11,899 bases of DNA from Candidatus Hermodarchaeum yapensis. Lineage in GTDB: Archaea > Asgardarchaeota > Hermodarchaeia > Hermodarchaeales > Hermodarchaeaceae. The notes under the pieces were generated by a model. That model saw only the letters and a list, made by a program, of their open reading frames with translations. It searched no databases and was not told the DNA's origin. A program made the translations under genes and the position numbers. The stretch is taken from contig JAEOSK010000052.1 in the NCBI GenBank assembly GCA_016840405.1, positions 1 through 11,899 of the forward strand. Reading direction: 5' to 3'. This document shows positions 1-9,397 of the stretch, one piece after another (the first letter of the stretch is position 1; each line of letters opens with the position of its first letter).

Positions 1-1
1 G

Positions 2-439
2 CGACAGGTAATCGAACGTAAACTTTTGCGCCGTGAATGGTTGGTTGAATTAAAGGATTCACATGAAATCCGACGCCTCAACACATTTGTTTCGCGCGTA
101 TTCCGTGAAGATCCTGAAGCGGAAGCAGCGTTAACAGCTCGTGCTGCTAGCCCATCAATAATGCGTATGACAACACTTTCAATTGGATCTTCCCTAATTC
201 GCTTCACGTTGGTCATCATTATTGCATACATATGCATTAACCCTGTGATTTTTCTCACACTACTTGGTGCCCCAAGCATTATCATTGAATCAGTTGAGTT
301 ATGGTTCTTACTGGAAAAGGTACTAATCTTCCTCCTTCCCCTTGTTCTTCTCTTTCCGCTCGTAGCTACATTAATAGGTTATATCCGCCAACGACGAAAG
401 CAATCAACAGAAGAAACTACATCGTCATCGTCACAATAG
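2..439 (+). CDS. Hypothetical membrane protein, C-terminal part (5' end outside window)
   Basis: The frame is open from position 2 (CGA CAG GTA...) to TAG at 437-439. Two long hydrophobic segments are followed by a basic RQRRK and a Ser/Thr tail. Overlaps the 3' end of the convergent queD by 23 nt. Confidence 0.65.
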   Translation, partial: RQVIERKLLRREWLVELKDSHEIRRLNTFVSRVFREDPEAEAALTARAASPSIMRMTTLSIGSSLIRFTLVIIIAYICINPVIFLTLLGAPSIIIESVELWFLLEKVLIFLLPLVLLFPLVATLIGYIRQRRKQSTEETTSSSSQ

Positions 440-893
440 CTTGAGCTGTGGGGCTTTCTGATAAAACGACACGTACTTGAGTGAGATTTGGATAATCAGC
501 TTTCAAGCCTTCAATTAATTTTTGACAGATTACGCGGGCTAACTCTTCAGCTGTAGTTTCAACTACATTGAGAACCTTCACGTCTCTTGTGGGAAACGAA
601 TATGCTCCATTTGGTGTCTCAACTTGGACTTGGTTGCCTTTTTGATTGACTTTGATTAACGAGGAAAGCTGCGGGAGTAGAATGTGGTGGTCCCACTTCT
701 TTGACAACAATCGTACCCGACGTTTAATCTCCCTAAAGTCAATCACCATGCCCAGTGAATCGATTTTACCCCAAATTAGAACTGCTACTTGATAATTGTG
801 CCCATGAAGCCGTTCACACTTTCCACCCTCACTCACAAAATGTGCTGCAGAAAAATCAATACCTGAAACCTCGACGGTAATTTGTTGATTCAT
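417..893 (-). CDS. queD: 6-carboxytetrahydropterin synthase / 6-pyruvoyl-tetrahydropterin synthase family (QueD-like)
   Basis: Motifs FSAAHF, CERLHGHNY, GMVIDF, WDH, TTAEELA and a C-terminal E. The ATG at 893 lies 9 nt after a GAGGTG RBS (908-903) and is preferred over the GTG at 905. Confidence 0.85.
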   Translation of the reverse strand: MNQQITVEVSGIDFSAAHFVSEGGKCERLHGHNYQVAVLIWGKIDSLGMVIDFREIKRRVRLLSKKWDHHILLPQLSSLIKVNQKGNQVQVETPNGAYSFPTRDVKVLNVVETTAEELARVICQKLIEGLKADYPNLTQVRVVLSESPTAQAIVTMTM

Positions 894-926
894 ACGGATG
901 ACCACCTCTATACTATACGCTAAGGT

Positions 927-975
927 AAAAAAAGAATAGGAAAAAGGAGAGAAAAGCGCCCGTAAACACGGACGC
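927..975 (-). terminator. Hairpin plus pyrimidine/oligo-T tract after the thermosome gene
   Basis: The minus strand reads GCGTCCGT-GTTT-ACGGGCGC (8-bp stem with one G-U) followed by TTTTCTCTCCTTTTTCCTATTCTTTTTTT, starting 4 nt after the stop codon. Confidence 0.7.
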
Positions 976-979
976 TAGT

Positions 980-2644
980 TTACATCATTCCTGGAGGCAT
1001 TCCACCCATGCCACCCATACCTGGGGGCATGCCGCCCATACCTGGACCGCCTGGTGGTGCAGCACTTCGCTTGGAGGCGATAACGTCATCGATTCGAAGA
1101 ATGAGTGACGCCGCTTCTGTAGCAGATCGGACTGCATGGGTTTTAACGCGTAGAGGTTCGAGTACGCCGGCTTTCATCATGTCTTTGGATTTTCCAGAAT
1201 GGACGTCTACACCCATGGTGTTCTTTCCACTTCCATGATCAGCACGGAGAGCAACAATGACATCGATGGGATCGTGACCCGCATTCTCTGCGAGGGTCTT
1301 GGGAATGATTTCCATAGCATCAGCAAACCGGTTGACAGCGATTTGCTCACGACCTTTCAAAGTTCCAGCATATTCACGAAGTTGTGACGCCACCTCGACT
1401 TCTGGGGCACCACCGCCTGGGACAATTTTTGCGTCTTCAACGGCATCGCGTACAACAGATACAGCATCGTGGAAGGCGCGTTCAGCTTCATCGACAACCC
1501 GTTCAGTTCCTCCTCTAATGAGGACGCTGACTGTTTTGGGATCTTTGCAGCCTTCGACGAACACCATCTTGTCGTCACCGACTTTGCGTTCTTCAACAGT
1601 CTCACAGGCGCCTAGATGCGCTTCTGTGAGGTGATCAATAGATGAAACCACGCTACCCCCTGTTGCTCGGGCAAGCGCTTCCATGTCACTCTTCTTGATT
1701 CGACGAACCGCGAGGATACCGTCTTTTGCGAGGTAGTGTTGAACTTTATCATCAATGCCCTTCTGGCCAAAAACGACATTTGCACCGGTTGCCTTCACTT
1801 TTTCCGAGATGCTTTTCAACATTCGTTGTTCTTCATCTAGGAAGGATTTCATCTGTTCGGGATCGGTAATTCGGATTTCTGCATCCATCTCAGTTTTTTC
1901 AACTTCCATTGACGCATTAACCAGTGCAATCTTAGCTTTTGAAACACGTCGGGGCATTTCTGAATGTACAATTTCTTTGTCAACAATTACGCCACGAACA
2001 AGCTGAGTATCCCGGACTGAGCCGCCTTCCTTCTTTTCGACTTTGATATGATCAATATCGGCAACGAGCCCGCTGTTGGTTTCCTCAGTAATTTGTAAAA
2101 CTGAATCAACCGCGATGGGGGCTAGGAAGTCTTTTGCTTCAGCAATGAGTTTACTAGCTATCGAGGTCTCAACGACCTTGAGTAGCTTGTTGCGGTCTTC
2201 TAGAGTACATTCGACCGACATACCGTCGAGAACTTCAGTAGCTTTGTCAACGGCTTTTCGATAACCTGAAATGATTACAGTAGGATGGACTCCTGAGGTG
2301 ATTAGCCCCAGTGCTTGCTTGAGTAACTCACCACAAACAACAACAGCAGAAGTGGTACCATCACCTGTTTCAGCATCTTGGGCTTTGGCTACTTGAACAA
2401 GCATTTTAGCAGCAGGATGCTGAACCTCAATTTCATCAAGGATAGTGGCACCATCGTTTGTGATCGTAACATCACCCAGGCTATCCACTAGCATTTTATC
2501 TTGACCTCGAGGTCCAAGAGATGAGCGAACTGCATCCGCTAGAGCTCGCACTGCCATAATGTTATTTTCGCGAGCGTCACGACCTCGGGCTCTTTCTGTA
2601 CCTTCTTTGAGTATTAAGACCGGCACGCCTTGCATTTGTGCCAT
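980..2644 (-). CDS. ths: Thermosome subunit (group II chaperonin, TCP-1/cpn60 family)
   Basis: Motifs SLGPRGQDKML, ITNDGATIL, GDGTTSAVV, GGGAPE and LRIDDVI, plus a C-terminal GGM-rich tail. The ATG at 2644 (MAQMQGVPVLILKEG) follows a GGAGG RBS. Confidence 0.97.
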   Translation of the reverse strand: MAQMQGVPVLILKEGTERARGRDARENNIMAVRALADAVRSSLGPRGQDKMLVDSLGDVTITNDGATILDEIEVQHPAAKMLVQVAKAQDAETGDGTTSAVVVCGELLKQALGLITSGVHPTVIISGYRKAVDKATEVLDGMSVECTLEDRNKLLKVVETSIASKLIAEAKDFLAPIAVDSVLQITEETNSGLVADIDHIKVEKKEGGSVRDTQLVRGVIVDKEIVHSEMPRRVSKAKIALVNASMEVEKTEMDAEIRITDPEQMKSFLDEEQRMLKSISEKVKATGANVVFGQKGIDDKVQHYLAKDGILAVRRIKKSDMEALARATGGSVVSSIDHLTEAHLGACETVEERKVGDDKMVFVEGCKDPKTVSVLIRGGTERVVDEAERAFHDAVSVVRDAVEDAKIVPGGGAPEVEVASQLREYAGTLKGREQIAVNRFADAMEIIPKTLAENAGHDPIDVIVALRADHGSGKNTMGVDVHSGKSKDMMKAGVLEPLRVKTHAVRSATEAASLILRIDDVIASKRSAAPPGGPGMGGMPPGMGGMGGMPPGMM

Positions 2645-2713
2645 GATAGTGTTCCTCCATAGTATCTGTTGGTATTTCCAATAGGATGAACTGCACGGCA
2701 ATCCTTGCACTGA

Positions 2714-2728
2714 CATAAAAATCTTACG
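2714..2728 (-). promoter_or_regulatory. Putative BRE/TATA of the thermosome gene
   Basis: Minus strand CGTAAGA-TTTTTATG, about 70 nt upstream of the start codon. Confidence 0.45.
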
Positions 2729-2760
2729 CCGTGTCAAGAGGTGTTCTCATGAGTGAACAG

Positions 2761-3360
2761 CTATAGTTCAGTTAAGGGAGTGTAATCCCATTCGAGAAAG
2801 ATTGTACGAAGCATGCTCACGATTCCACGGGATAAAAAGATGGTCTCCATGACGAAGGCCATGAACAAGATTTCTATCCATGCTTTAGCCACAATACCAA
2901 GAGAAATTAGAAGTGCAATGTTTACAGGCATAGCCGTCGTAATGGGGACAATGAAGACGAATAGGACGACTGTGAATATACATTCAGGAACATACCCGAT
3001 GATTACAGATAGAAAAGGGCGTTTAAGCACACGTTGAACGTAACCCGTAGTAAATCCTGCCATGGCTTTACCTACTGGAAGTCCAATTAGGCCTACGATT
3101 CCCAATGACCCCCAGACATAGCCGAATGCAATACCGGGATAAATTCCAACTAGAGCCCCAGTTATGGCGCCAAGAATAGGTCCACCCGGTATTGCTACGA
3201 GAAAGGTGCCAAGGTGACTCAGATCCAGTGCGATTTGCCAAACACCGAGATGTACAAAGTTTATCGTGATAATAGAAACAGCCGTGCCCAGCGCAGCCAT
3301 TATCGCTATGTACACAACTGTTTTGGTGCCATACCGTTGAGAAGATTTAGGGGTGGTCAC
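2761..3360 (-). CDS. ECF transporter S-component-like membrane protein, substrate unknown
   Basis: 199 aa with 5-6 hydrophobic helices. N-terminal IAIMAAL (AxxxA) helix and a GPILGAITG motif typical of S components. GTG start with a GGAGGT RBS. Confidence 0.7.
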   Translation of the reverse strand: MTTPKSSQRYGTKTVVYIAIMAALGTAVSIITINFVHLGVWQIALDLSHLGTFLVAIPGGPILGAITGALVGIYPGIAFGYVWGSLGIVGLIGLPVGKAMAGFTTGYVQRVLKRPFLSVIIGYVPECIFTVVLFVFIVPITTAMPVNIALLISLGIVAKAWIEILFMAFVMETIFLSRGIVSMLRTIFLEWDYTPLTEL

Positions 3361-3400
3361 TAATGAACCTCCAATGGAGTGGGCGCCTTGACTGTTCCAA

Positions 3401-3432
3401 GTATTTAAGAGTAGCTACTCGAATTTGAGTAG
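3401..3432. promoter_or_regulatory. TATA-like box of the divergent ECF/gcvP promoter with adjacent palindromic operator-like sites
   Basis: TATTTAAG at 3402-3409 reads as a TATA box on either strand. It is followed by the perfect palindrome GAGTAGCTACTC (3409-3420) and the overlapping CTACTC-N6-GAGTAG (3415-3432). Confidence 0.5.
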
Positions 3433-3500
3433 TTCAGTAGCGTAGTTGTGGAGAAAGCTATTTTTGGTTGGAATAAGCGAACAAGGGTGAGGTTGATTAA

Positions 3501-4916
3501 GTGACTGACTTCCGCCATTCATTTTTACCGACTGTAGGCGAGCAAGAGACAGAGATTCTTGCAGCACTGGGAATCAAAAGCATTGATGAGTTATTTAGTG
3601 ATATTCCATCAAAGTTTCAACTAAAGACCCGGTTGAAGATTCCTGATAGCTTATCTGAAATTGAAGTAACTCGTAAAATTGCTGAACAACTAGCACAAAA
3701 TTGGAAGTCGCCTAAAGGAGAAGGATTCCTTGGCGGGGGTGTCTGGCATCATGTTATTCCTGAGACTGTAAAAGCCATTGTGAATCGGACTGAGTTTCTA
3801 ACCGCTTATACTCCGTATCAATCAGAGATCAGTCAGGGGATGCTTCAAGCGCTTTTTGAATATCAAAGTCTAATAGCCGAGTTAGTAGAGTTACCTGTAG
3901 TCAATGCGTCGATGTATGATTGGGCTAGTGCTTTGGGCGAAGCAGCCTTGATGGCAAGTCGGGTTACTAAGCGCCAGAAATTCCTAGTTCCTAATTTGAT
4001 TGCGCCAAACCGCCGAGGTGTCTTGAATACTTACACAAATCCTGCAGGTATGAACATAGATAGTATTGGTTATGATCCAGTTTCAGGTCAACTCGATTTA
4101 GAGCAATTGAAAACTCTTGTCGATAAGGACACCGCAGGAGTATATTTCGAAAATCCTGCTTATCTTGGCTACCTCCAGAGTGAGGTTGATGCCATGGCAG
4201 AGATTACACATGATGCTGGTGCGTTGTTAGTCGTAGGCATTGATCCAATCTCTCTTGGTATCATTCGCGCTCCTGGAAATTATGGAGCCGACATAGTAAT
4301 TGGTGAAGGACAACCACTGGGAAGTCCTATCAATTTGGGTGGACCATTACTGGGAATTTTTGCTAGCCGCGATGAAAGAAAGCTAATACGTCAACTTCCG
4401 GGTCGGATAATTGGATTAACAACTGCACAATCCTCTGGGCAGCGTGGTTTTGTGATGACTATTCAAGCCCGTGAACAACACATCCGACGCGAGAAAGCAA
4501 CATCCAATATTTGTTCAAATCAGGCGCTTTCCGCTGTCACAGCTGCGATTTATCTTGCATTGCTAGGTCCTAGCGGTCTTGTGCAAATTGGTGAGACAAT
4601 ACTTCAATTACGCCATTATGCAGAACGACAGTTAAACGCCTTGGAAGGAGTAAAGGCGCCACTATTCGAAGCACCTCACTTCAAGGAATTCGTTTACCAA
4701 ATCAAAAATACGAAGCATTCAAGCTCTGCGGGTTTACCCATCAGGACCGTTTTGAAGAGTGTTCAGGAAAGGGGAATCTTGGCTGGAATACCTCTCGATC
4801 AAAGCTTCCCAGATTTTGGACAATCTGCGCTAGTTTGCGTTACAGAGGTTCATACTCAAGCTGCCATAGATTCTCTGTCAAAAACCTTACAACAGACAAT
4901 GGAGGGTCGGCAATGA
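3501..4916 (+). CDS. gcvPA: Glycine dehydrogenase (decarboxylating) subunit 1, glycine cleavage P protein
   Basis: Motifs FLTAYTPYQSEISQGMLQALFEYQ, NASMYD and REQHIRREKATSNICSNQAL. GTG start with a GGTGAGG RBS. Confidence 0.96.
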   Translation: MTDFRHSFLPTVGEQETEILAALGIKSIDELFSDIPSKFQLKTRLKIPDSLSEIEVTRKIAEQLAQNWKSPKGEGFLGGGVWHHVIPETVKAIVNRTEFLTAYTPYQSEISQGMLQALFEYQSLIAELVELPVVNASMYDWASALGEAALMASRVTKRQKFLVPNLIAPNRRGVLNTYTNPAGMNIDSIGYDPVSGQLDLEQLKTLVDKDTAGVYFENPAYLGYLQSEVDAMAEITHDAGALLVVGIDPISLGIIRAPGNYGADIVIGEGQPLGSPINLGGPLLGIFASRDERKLIRQLPGRIIGLTTAQSSGQRGFVMTIQAREQHIRREKATSNICSNQALSAVTAAIYLALLGPSGLVQIGETILQLRHYAERQLNALEGVKAPLFEAPHFKEFVYQIKNTKHSSSAGLPIRTVLKSVQERGILAGIPLDQSFPDFGQSALVCVTEVHTQAAIDSLSKTLQQTMEGRQ

Positions 4917-6436
4917 AATTTCAACAGGCAAAATGGGATGAAGCCCTGCTTTTTGAACGTTCAAGAGCAGGAGCTATTGGCTACTCATTCCCGGCAGTAA
5001 GCAAGGCAGTCCAACAAGCACTTCCAAAACCCACGTCCACACTACCTAAAGATTTACGTCGTTCAACTCCTCCTTCGTTGCCTGAACTCTCTGAACCCGA
5101 AGTCATGCAGCACTTTGTCCGTCTTTCCCAGATGAACTATTGCGTCGACTTGGGTCTTTACCCATTAGGCAGCTGTACAATGAAATTCAATCCACCAATG
5201 AATGAGGAAGTAATCAAGAACCCACAATTTTCTCTATTACACCCACATCAGGACTGTTCAACCTTACAAGGAATTTTGCAAATCTTTTATGAATTACAAC
5301 AATGGCTTTCCGAGATTACCGGTATGGATGATTTCTCCTTGCAGCCTGCCGCGGGTGCACAGGGTGAATTGGCTGGCGTTCTCATCATCAGAGCCTATCA
5401 TGCTGATCATGGTAATCTTGAATCAAGGCGGGAAATCATTATTCCTGACTCAGCCCATGGAACTAATCCCGCAAGTGCAGCCATGGCGGGATTTGACGTT
5501 GTTGTTGTTCCTTCTAACGAGCAAGGTCAAGTTGATCTCAAAGCCCTTGAGAGTGCAGTATCAGAGAAAACAGCGGGCCTTATGCTCACTAATCCCAACA
5601 CATTGGGCCTTTTTGAACAAAAAATTGAGAAAATCGCCGAGATTGTTCACAAGGCAGGGGGTTTGTTGTATTACGATGGAGCAAATTTGAACGCAAACTT
5701 GGGCCGTGTTCGCCCCGGAGACATGGGATTTGATATTATTCATACGAATCTTCACAAAACTTTTGCAACACCACATGGAGGTGGGGGACCAGGCGCAGGA
5801 CCTGTTGGCGTGAAAGCATCTTTAGCACCATATCTACCAATACCTGTTATTGTCTTTGATGGGGAAAATTATTCTTTGGATATTGAGCGTCCCAAATCAA
5901 TTGGACGTACGCATGGTTTCTTAGGAAATGCTGCTGTGCTGCTGAAAGCCTATGCCTACATCATGAGAATGGGGTGGCAAGGATTACATGCAGTGTCAGA
6001 TCATGCAGTGTTAAACGCAAATTACATCATGAAAAAAATACAAGGGTTCAAGGGCTTTAGTGTGCCTTATGCTTCAGGGGTATGGCGGAAACACGAGGTC
6101 GTATTCAGTGCAAAGCAGCTAGAGCAGGATACTGGGGTGAATGCAAGAGATGTTGCCAAGGCATTGTTAGATCGCGGATTGCATGCCCCAACTTTCTATT
6201 TTCCTTCGATTGTAGAAGAAGCCCTTATGATTGAGCCTACAGAAACATTTGGAAAAGCTGAATTAGATCGATTTATCGATGCCTTTCGAGAAATTGCTGA
6301 ACAGGCATATACCAATGTCGATATTGTTTGCAAGACGCCTCAAAATACAGCCATTGATCGCCTTGATGAAGTTAAGGCTGCGCATCCAAGAACGATGGCA
6401 TTAACTTGGCGTATGTTTCAGCAGAGTCAGAAATAA
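4913..6436 (+). CDS. gcvPB: Glycine dehydrogenase (decarboxylating) subunit 2
   Basis: Motifs YPLGSCTMK, QPAAGAQGE, SAHGTNPASA, the PLP-lysine motif NLHKTFATPHGGGGPG, and MIEPTET. The ATG at 4913 overlaps the gcvPA stop (ATGA). Confidence 0.96.
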   Translation: MKFQQAKWDEALLFERSRAGAIGYSFPAVSKAVQQALPKPTSTLPKDLRRSTPPSLPELSEPEVMQHFVRLSQMNYCVDLGLYPLGSCTMKFNPPMNEEVIKNPQFSLLHPHQDCSTLQGILQIFYELQQWLSEITGMDDFSLQPAAGAQGELAGVLIIRAYHADHGNLESRREIIIPDSAHGTNPASAAMAGFDVVVVPSNEQGQVDLKALESAVSEKTAGLMLTNPNTLGLFEQKIEKIAEIVHKAGGLLYYDGANLNANLGRVRPGDMGFDIIHTNLHKTFATPHGGGGPGAGPVGVKASLAPYLPIPVIVFDGENYSLDIERPKSIGRTHGFLGNAAVLLKAYAYIMRMGWQGLHAVSDHAVLNANYIMKKIQGFKGFSVPYASGVWRKHEVVFSAKQLEQDTGVNARDVAKALLDRGLHAPTFYFPSIVEEALMIEPTETFGKAELDRFIDAFREIAEQAYTNVDIVCKTPQNTAIDRLDEVKAAHPRTMALTWRMFQQSQK

Positions 6437-6485
6437 CTTCATTTATTTCGTGAAAATGGGTCGACTTAATTAGAGGTACCTGGGT

Positions 6486-7217
6486 CTATCCACGTTTCTT
6501 TCGACCAGTACGCTTGGGTGCAATGAGACCGACTTTCTGACCAGGTGGAGCCGTTCGTTTAATAGATGTCGGACCACCAGGGTGTTGATGAGCACCTCCA
6601 CCGTGAGGGTGAGATACTGCATTCATTGCTACACCTCGAACCTTGGGATAAGTGTGGCCTTTAGCGTGTCGAAGTTTGTGTTTATTACCTGCCTTAAGGA
6701 AGGGTTTCTCGGGTCGACCGCCACCTGATACTACACCGATGGTAGCTCGTGCTGTTGAATTAAAAGTTCGCGTTTTTCCTGAAGGTAATCGAATGGTGGT
6801 TTTCCCGCGGGTGTGAGTGACGATGGTGGCATAGGTGCCACTCGACCGTACAAATTTGCCTCCATCTCCAGGCTGACTTTCAATATTAAAAACAGGAGTT
6901 CCTTCTGGAATTTTACCCAGCGGTAGGATGTATCCTGCACGAATACCTGCTTTCGGACCAATTCGCAGTTGTTGACCTATGGCGGATCCTTCGGGGACTA
7001 AGGCTAGATAAGTTTCGCCGCCTTCGAGTCTAAGTTTTGCTACGGGCGAACCACGACCAGGATCATGCATTAAATCCTCAATATCCGCGGTTAGATAACC
7101 GCGTTTATTCATGAGCGCAAGGGGAGGATATTTTACTGCTCCTCGACGTCGATGTGTTTTTGCGCGGAAGGTTGGAGAGCCACGACCGCGCCGTTGGACC
7201 AAGATTCGTTTACCCAT
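6486..7217 (-). CDS. rpl2: 50S ribosomal protein uL2
   Basis: Motifs MGKRILVQRRGRGS, HDPGRG and VRGVAMNAVSHPHGGG. The ATG at 7217 follows a GGAGG RBS. Confidence 0.97.
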   Translation of the reverse strand: MGKRILVQRRGRGSPTFRAKTHRRRGAVKYPPLALMNKRGYLTADIEDLMHDPGRGSPVAKLRLEGGETYLALVPEGSAIGQQLRIGPKAGIRAGYILPLGKIPEGTPVFNIESQPGDGGKFVRSSGTYATIVTHTRGKTTIRLPSGKTRTFNSTARATIGVVSGGGRPEKPFLKAGNKHKLRHAKGHTYPKVRGVAMNAVSHPHGGGAHQHPGGPTSIKRTAPPGQKVGLIAPKRTGRKKRG

Positions 7218-7232
7218 TGTTTTATCCTCCAT

Positions 7233-7493
7233 TTAGAATAATCCTAATTTCACCGCAAGGTCAGCGGCATTGTCCTCAGGTGAAAGCTTTACCAATGCCT
7301 TCTTTTTTCCGTCAGGGGTAATAAGAGTGTTGACCTTAATGACCTTGACTTCATACAGCGTTTCAATTGCTTCGCGAATTTGCCCCTTGGTTGCCTTCCG
7401 ATTAACAATAAAGGTCAATCTGTTCTCTTTTTCGACAATTTCTGATGCACGTTCTGTGATCATCATTCGAATAATAACATCGTAAGGATCCAT
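7233..7493 (-). CDS. rpl23: 50S ribosomal protein uL23
   Basis: Motifs TERA...ENRLTFIV...KVNTLITPDGKKKALVKL. The start overlaps the rpl4 stop (TAATG). Confidence 0.96.
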   Translation of the reverse strand: MDPYDVIIRMMITERASEIVEKENRLTFIVNRKATKGQIREAIETLYEVKVIKVNTLITPDGKKKALVKLSPEDNAADLAVKLGLF

Positions 7494-8284
7494 TATTGAC
7501 CACTCCCATAAAGCCCAGTTGCCAGTGCCTCAATGGCTGATTTTGCCCAGAGCGTGAGGCGTCCGGGTTGAGTTCCGGGGGCAAGTGCTTCGGCATTTAG
7601 TTTCGAGACATATAGGACTTTAACACCGGGAAGGTTCCGAGCAGCTTGGCGAATGCCTTTATCTTCAGTTATGACTATAAGCGGACCAACGGGTTTACGA
7701 TATTTTCGTCCACGGCGTCGTGCATTACCACCTCGAACCTTTCTTCCATTCTTAGCACGAACAACATCAGACCAGATTCCAAGGTTTTCAAAGACTTCCT
7801 TAACTTCTTCAGTTGATTGAAGATCTTGGATTTTATCTTCAATAATCAGGGGAAGTTCATCAGCTTCAAATATATGACCACGTGCTTTGACTATGTCGTT
7901 TTGGGCTGTGGCTGCAATTGCAGATCGAATTGCTAAACGGCGTTCTTTCTTGTTGATGAGTTCTAGAGCATTTTTTGCAGCTTCAGGAGGATGAGTGCGA
8001 CGTCCACCAACGGTGAAAGGAGCAAAGGCGCCAGCTGAAGCAGAACGATAACCTCCACCTTTCCGTCGTGGAACTCGAGCACGACCATGTCCCACTCCCC
8101 ATGATTCAGCCGTGGTTCGTTTTCCAGCAAGTGGATCCACGCCATGTGGTTGATAACGGGCGGACTGTTGCGCAAGTACTGCACGTTTAATTATGTCCTT
8201 CCGAAGTGGCGTGTTGAAGACTGGAGGAAGGGTCGCTGTTCCCTTTTTCTTACCATCTAATGTTAGAACCTTAATTGACACCAC
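7493..8284 (-). CDS. rpl4: 50S ribosomal protein uL4 (archaeal type)
   Basis: Motifs TTAESWGVGHGRARVPR, GGRRTHPP and LAPGTQPGRLTLW. GTG start with a GGAGG RBS. Confidence 0.97.
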   Translation of the reverse strand: MVSIKVLTLDGKKKGTATLPPVFNTPLRKDIIKRAVLAQQSARYQPHGVDPLAGKRTTAESWGVGHGRARVPRRKGGGYRSASAGAFAPFTVGGRRTHPPEAAKNALELINKKERRLAIRSAIAATAQNDIVKARGHIFEADELPLIIEDKIQDLQSTEEVKEVFENLGIWSDVVRAKNGRKVRGGNARRRGRKYRKPVGPLIVITEDKGIRQAARNLPGVKVLYVSKLNAEALAPGTQPGRLTLWAKSAIEALATGLYGSGQ

Positions 8285-8300
8285 TTGTAACCCTCCTTCA

Positions 8301-9302
8301 CTATTTCTTCGCTGTCATGCTGATATAGACTATCTCCGGTGGCTTATCGGGAATCGGCTTAGGGCGATTGGGTAACCTTAGTCTGACTAATCTTCGTGAA
8401 GGTCCGGGAACAGAACCATCAATGAGAAGAAAATCGGATTGTAGTACTCCATAATGTGGAAAACCGCCTGCAGGTGTGATATCGTCAGTTTTTTCGCCGA
8501 TTTTTAGGAGCCGTTTGTTATATTCTGTACGTTGATGGACGCCCATTTGTCCTGGGCGAGGAACTGTGTACATGATTCGGTTTGGATGCCATGGACCCAG
8601 TGTACCTACTGCGCGGACTCGTTTCCGAGTTTTATGCGAGAGTTTCTTGACACCAAATCGTTTAATCACACCTTGAAAGCCCTTCCCTTTGGTTACTCCA
8701 ATGATATCTAAGAATTGACCTGGTTGGAAAACGTCTCGAACACGAATTTCTTGTCCAAGGAGGTTCTTGGCGAATTCGAATTGATCGTTTATTGTCCCAC
8801 CATATACACCAAATTCAAGGGCATCAGGTTTCTTTTGTCCAATACCGGCTTGGCGGGGTTGCGTTAAGAGTTGTACTCGTAACTCAACTAAGTCGTCAAG
8901 AGATTTGGTGAATTTCTTCAAGGCGGCTGCGGCATCATAGTCTTTTGGCCAGGGCATTGTTCGACGGATATCCTTAGGGAGATTTTCCATCCAAGTTTCG
9001 CCAATTACTTGCAATCCCCCGCCATTGCGACCATATCCTCGTAAAGAAGCTACAAGCATTGGTGGTGTATCAACAATTGTTACAGCACGACTTATCTCAC
9101 GACCATACCAGGGACTATTCGGTTTGTCGTCAACTAGGATCACATGCGTCATACCAACTTTATACCCGGCATAGCCCAGAATTTGAGGGTCTGTGACATG
9201 TGTAGGCCAATGACGAACGCGTCCACTAAGACGACGCGCACGTTTTCGGGGACGGTAGGAAAGGCTACCATGTCTGGGGGCATGTTTTTTTCGATGACCC
9301 AT
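8301..9302 (-). CDS. rpl3: 50S ribosomal protein uL3
   Basis: Motifs PRHGSLSYRPRKRA, GYKVGMTH, VTKGKGFQGVIKRFG and GQMGVHQRTEYNK. The ATG at 9302 is preferred over the TTG at 9317. Confidence 0.97.
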   Translation of the reverse strand: MGHRKKHAPRHGSLSYRPRKRARRLSGRVRHWPTHVTDPQILGYAGYKVGMTHVILVDDKPNSPWYGREISRAVTIVDTPPMLVASLRGYGRNGGGLQVIGETWMENLPKDIRRTMPWPKDYDAAAALKKFTKSLDDLVELRVQLLTQPRQAGIGQKKPDALEFGVYGGTINDQFEFAKNLLGQEIRVRDVFQPGQFLDIIGVTKGKGFQGVIKRFGVKKLSHKTRKRVRAVGTLGPWHPNRIMYTVPRPGQMGVHQRTEYNKRLLKIGEKTDDITPAGGFPHYGVLQSDFLLIDGSVPGPSRRLVRLRLPNRPKPIPDKPPEIVYISMTAKK

Positions 9303-9397
9303 GGATTCCACTACCAAGGGATTAACTATGCCGGGAAAGCAATACTATCAACCAAATAAGGCGTTGCTTTTACGGCTTACCGGCTCGGAAGCAAGCG

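Noticed and set aside
983-1055. Gly/Met/Pro repeats at the thermosome C-terminus as a novel repeat
   Set aside because: GGM tails are a standard chaperonin feature.
1008-2264. Plus-strand and alternate-frame ORFs within the thermosome gene
   Set aside because: Shadow ORFs of a highly conserved gene with no recognisable motifs.
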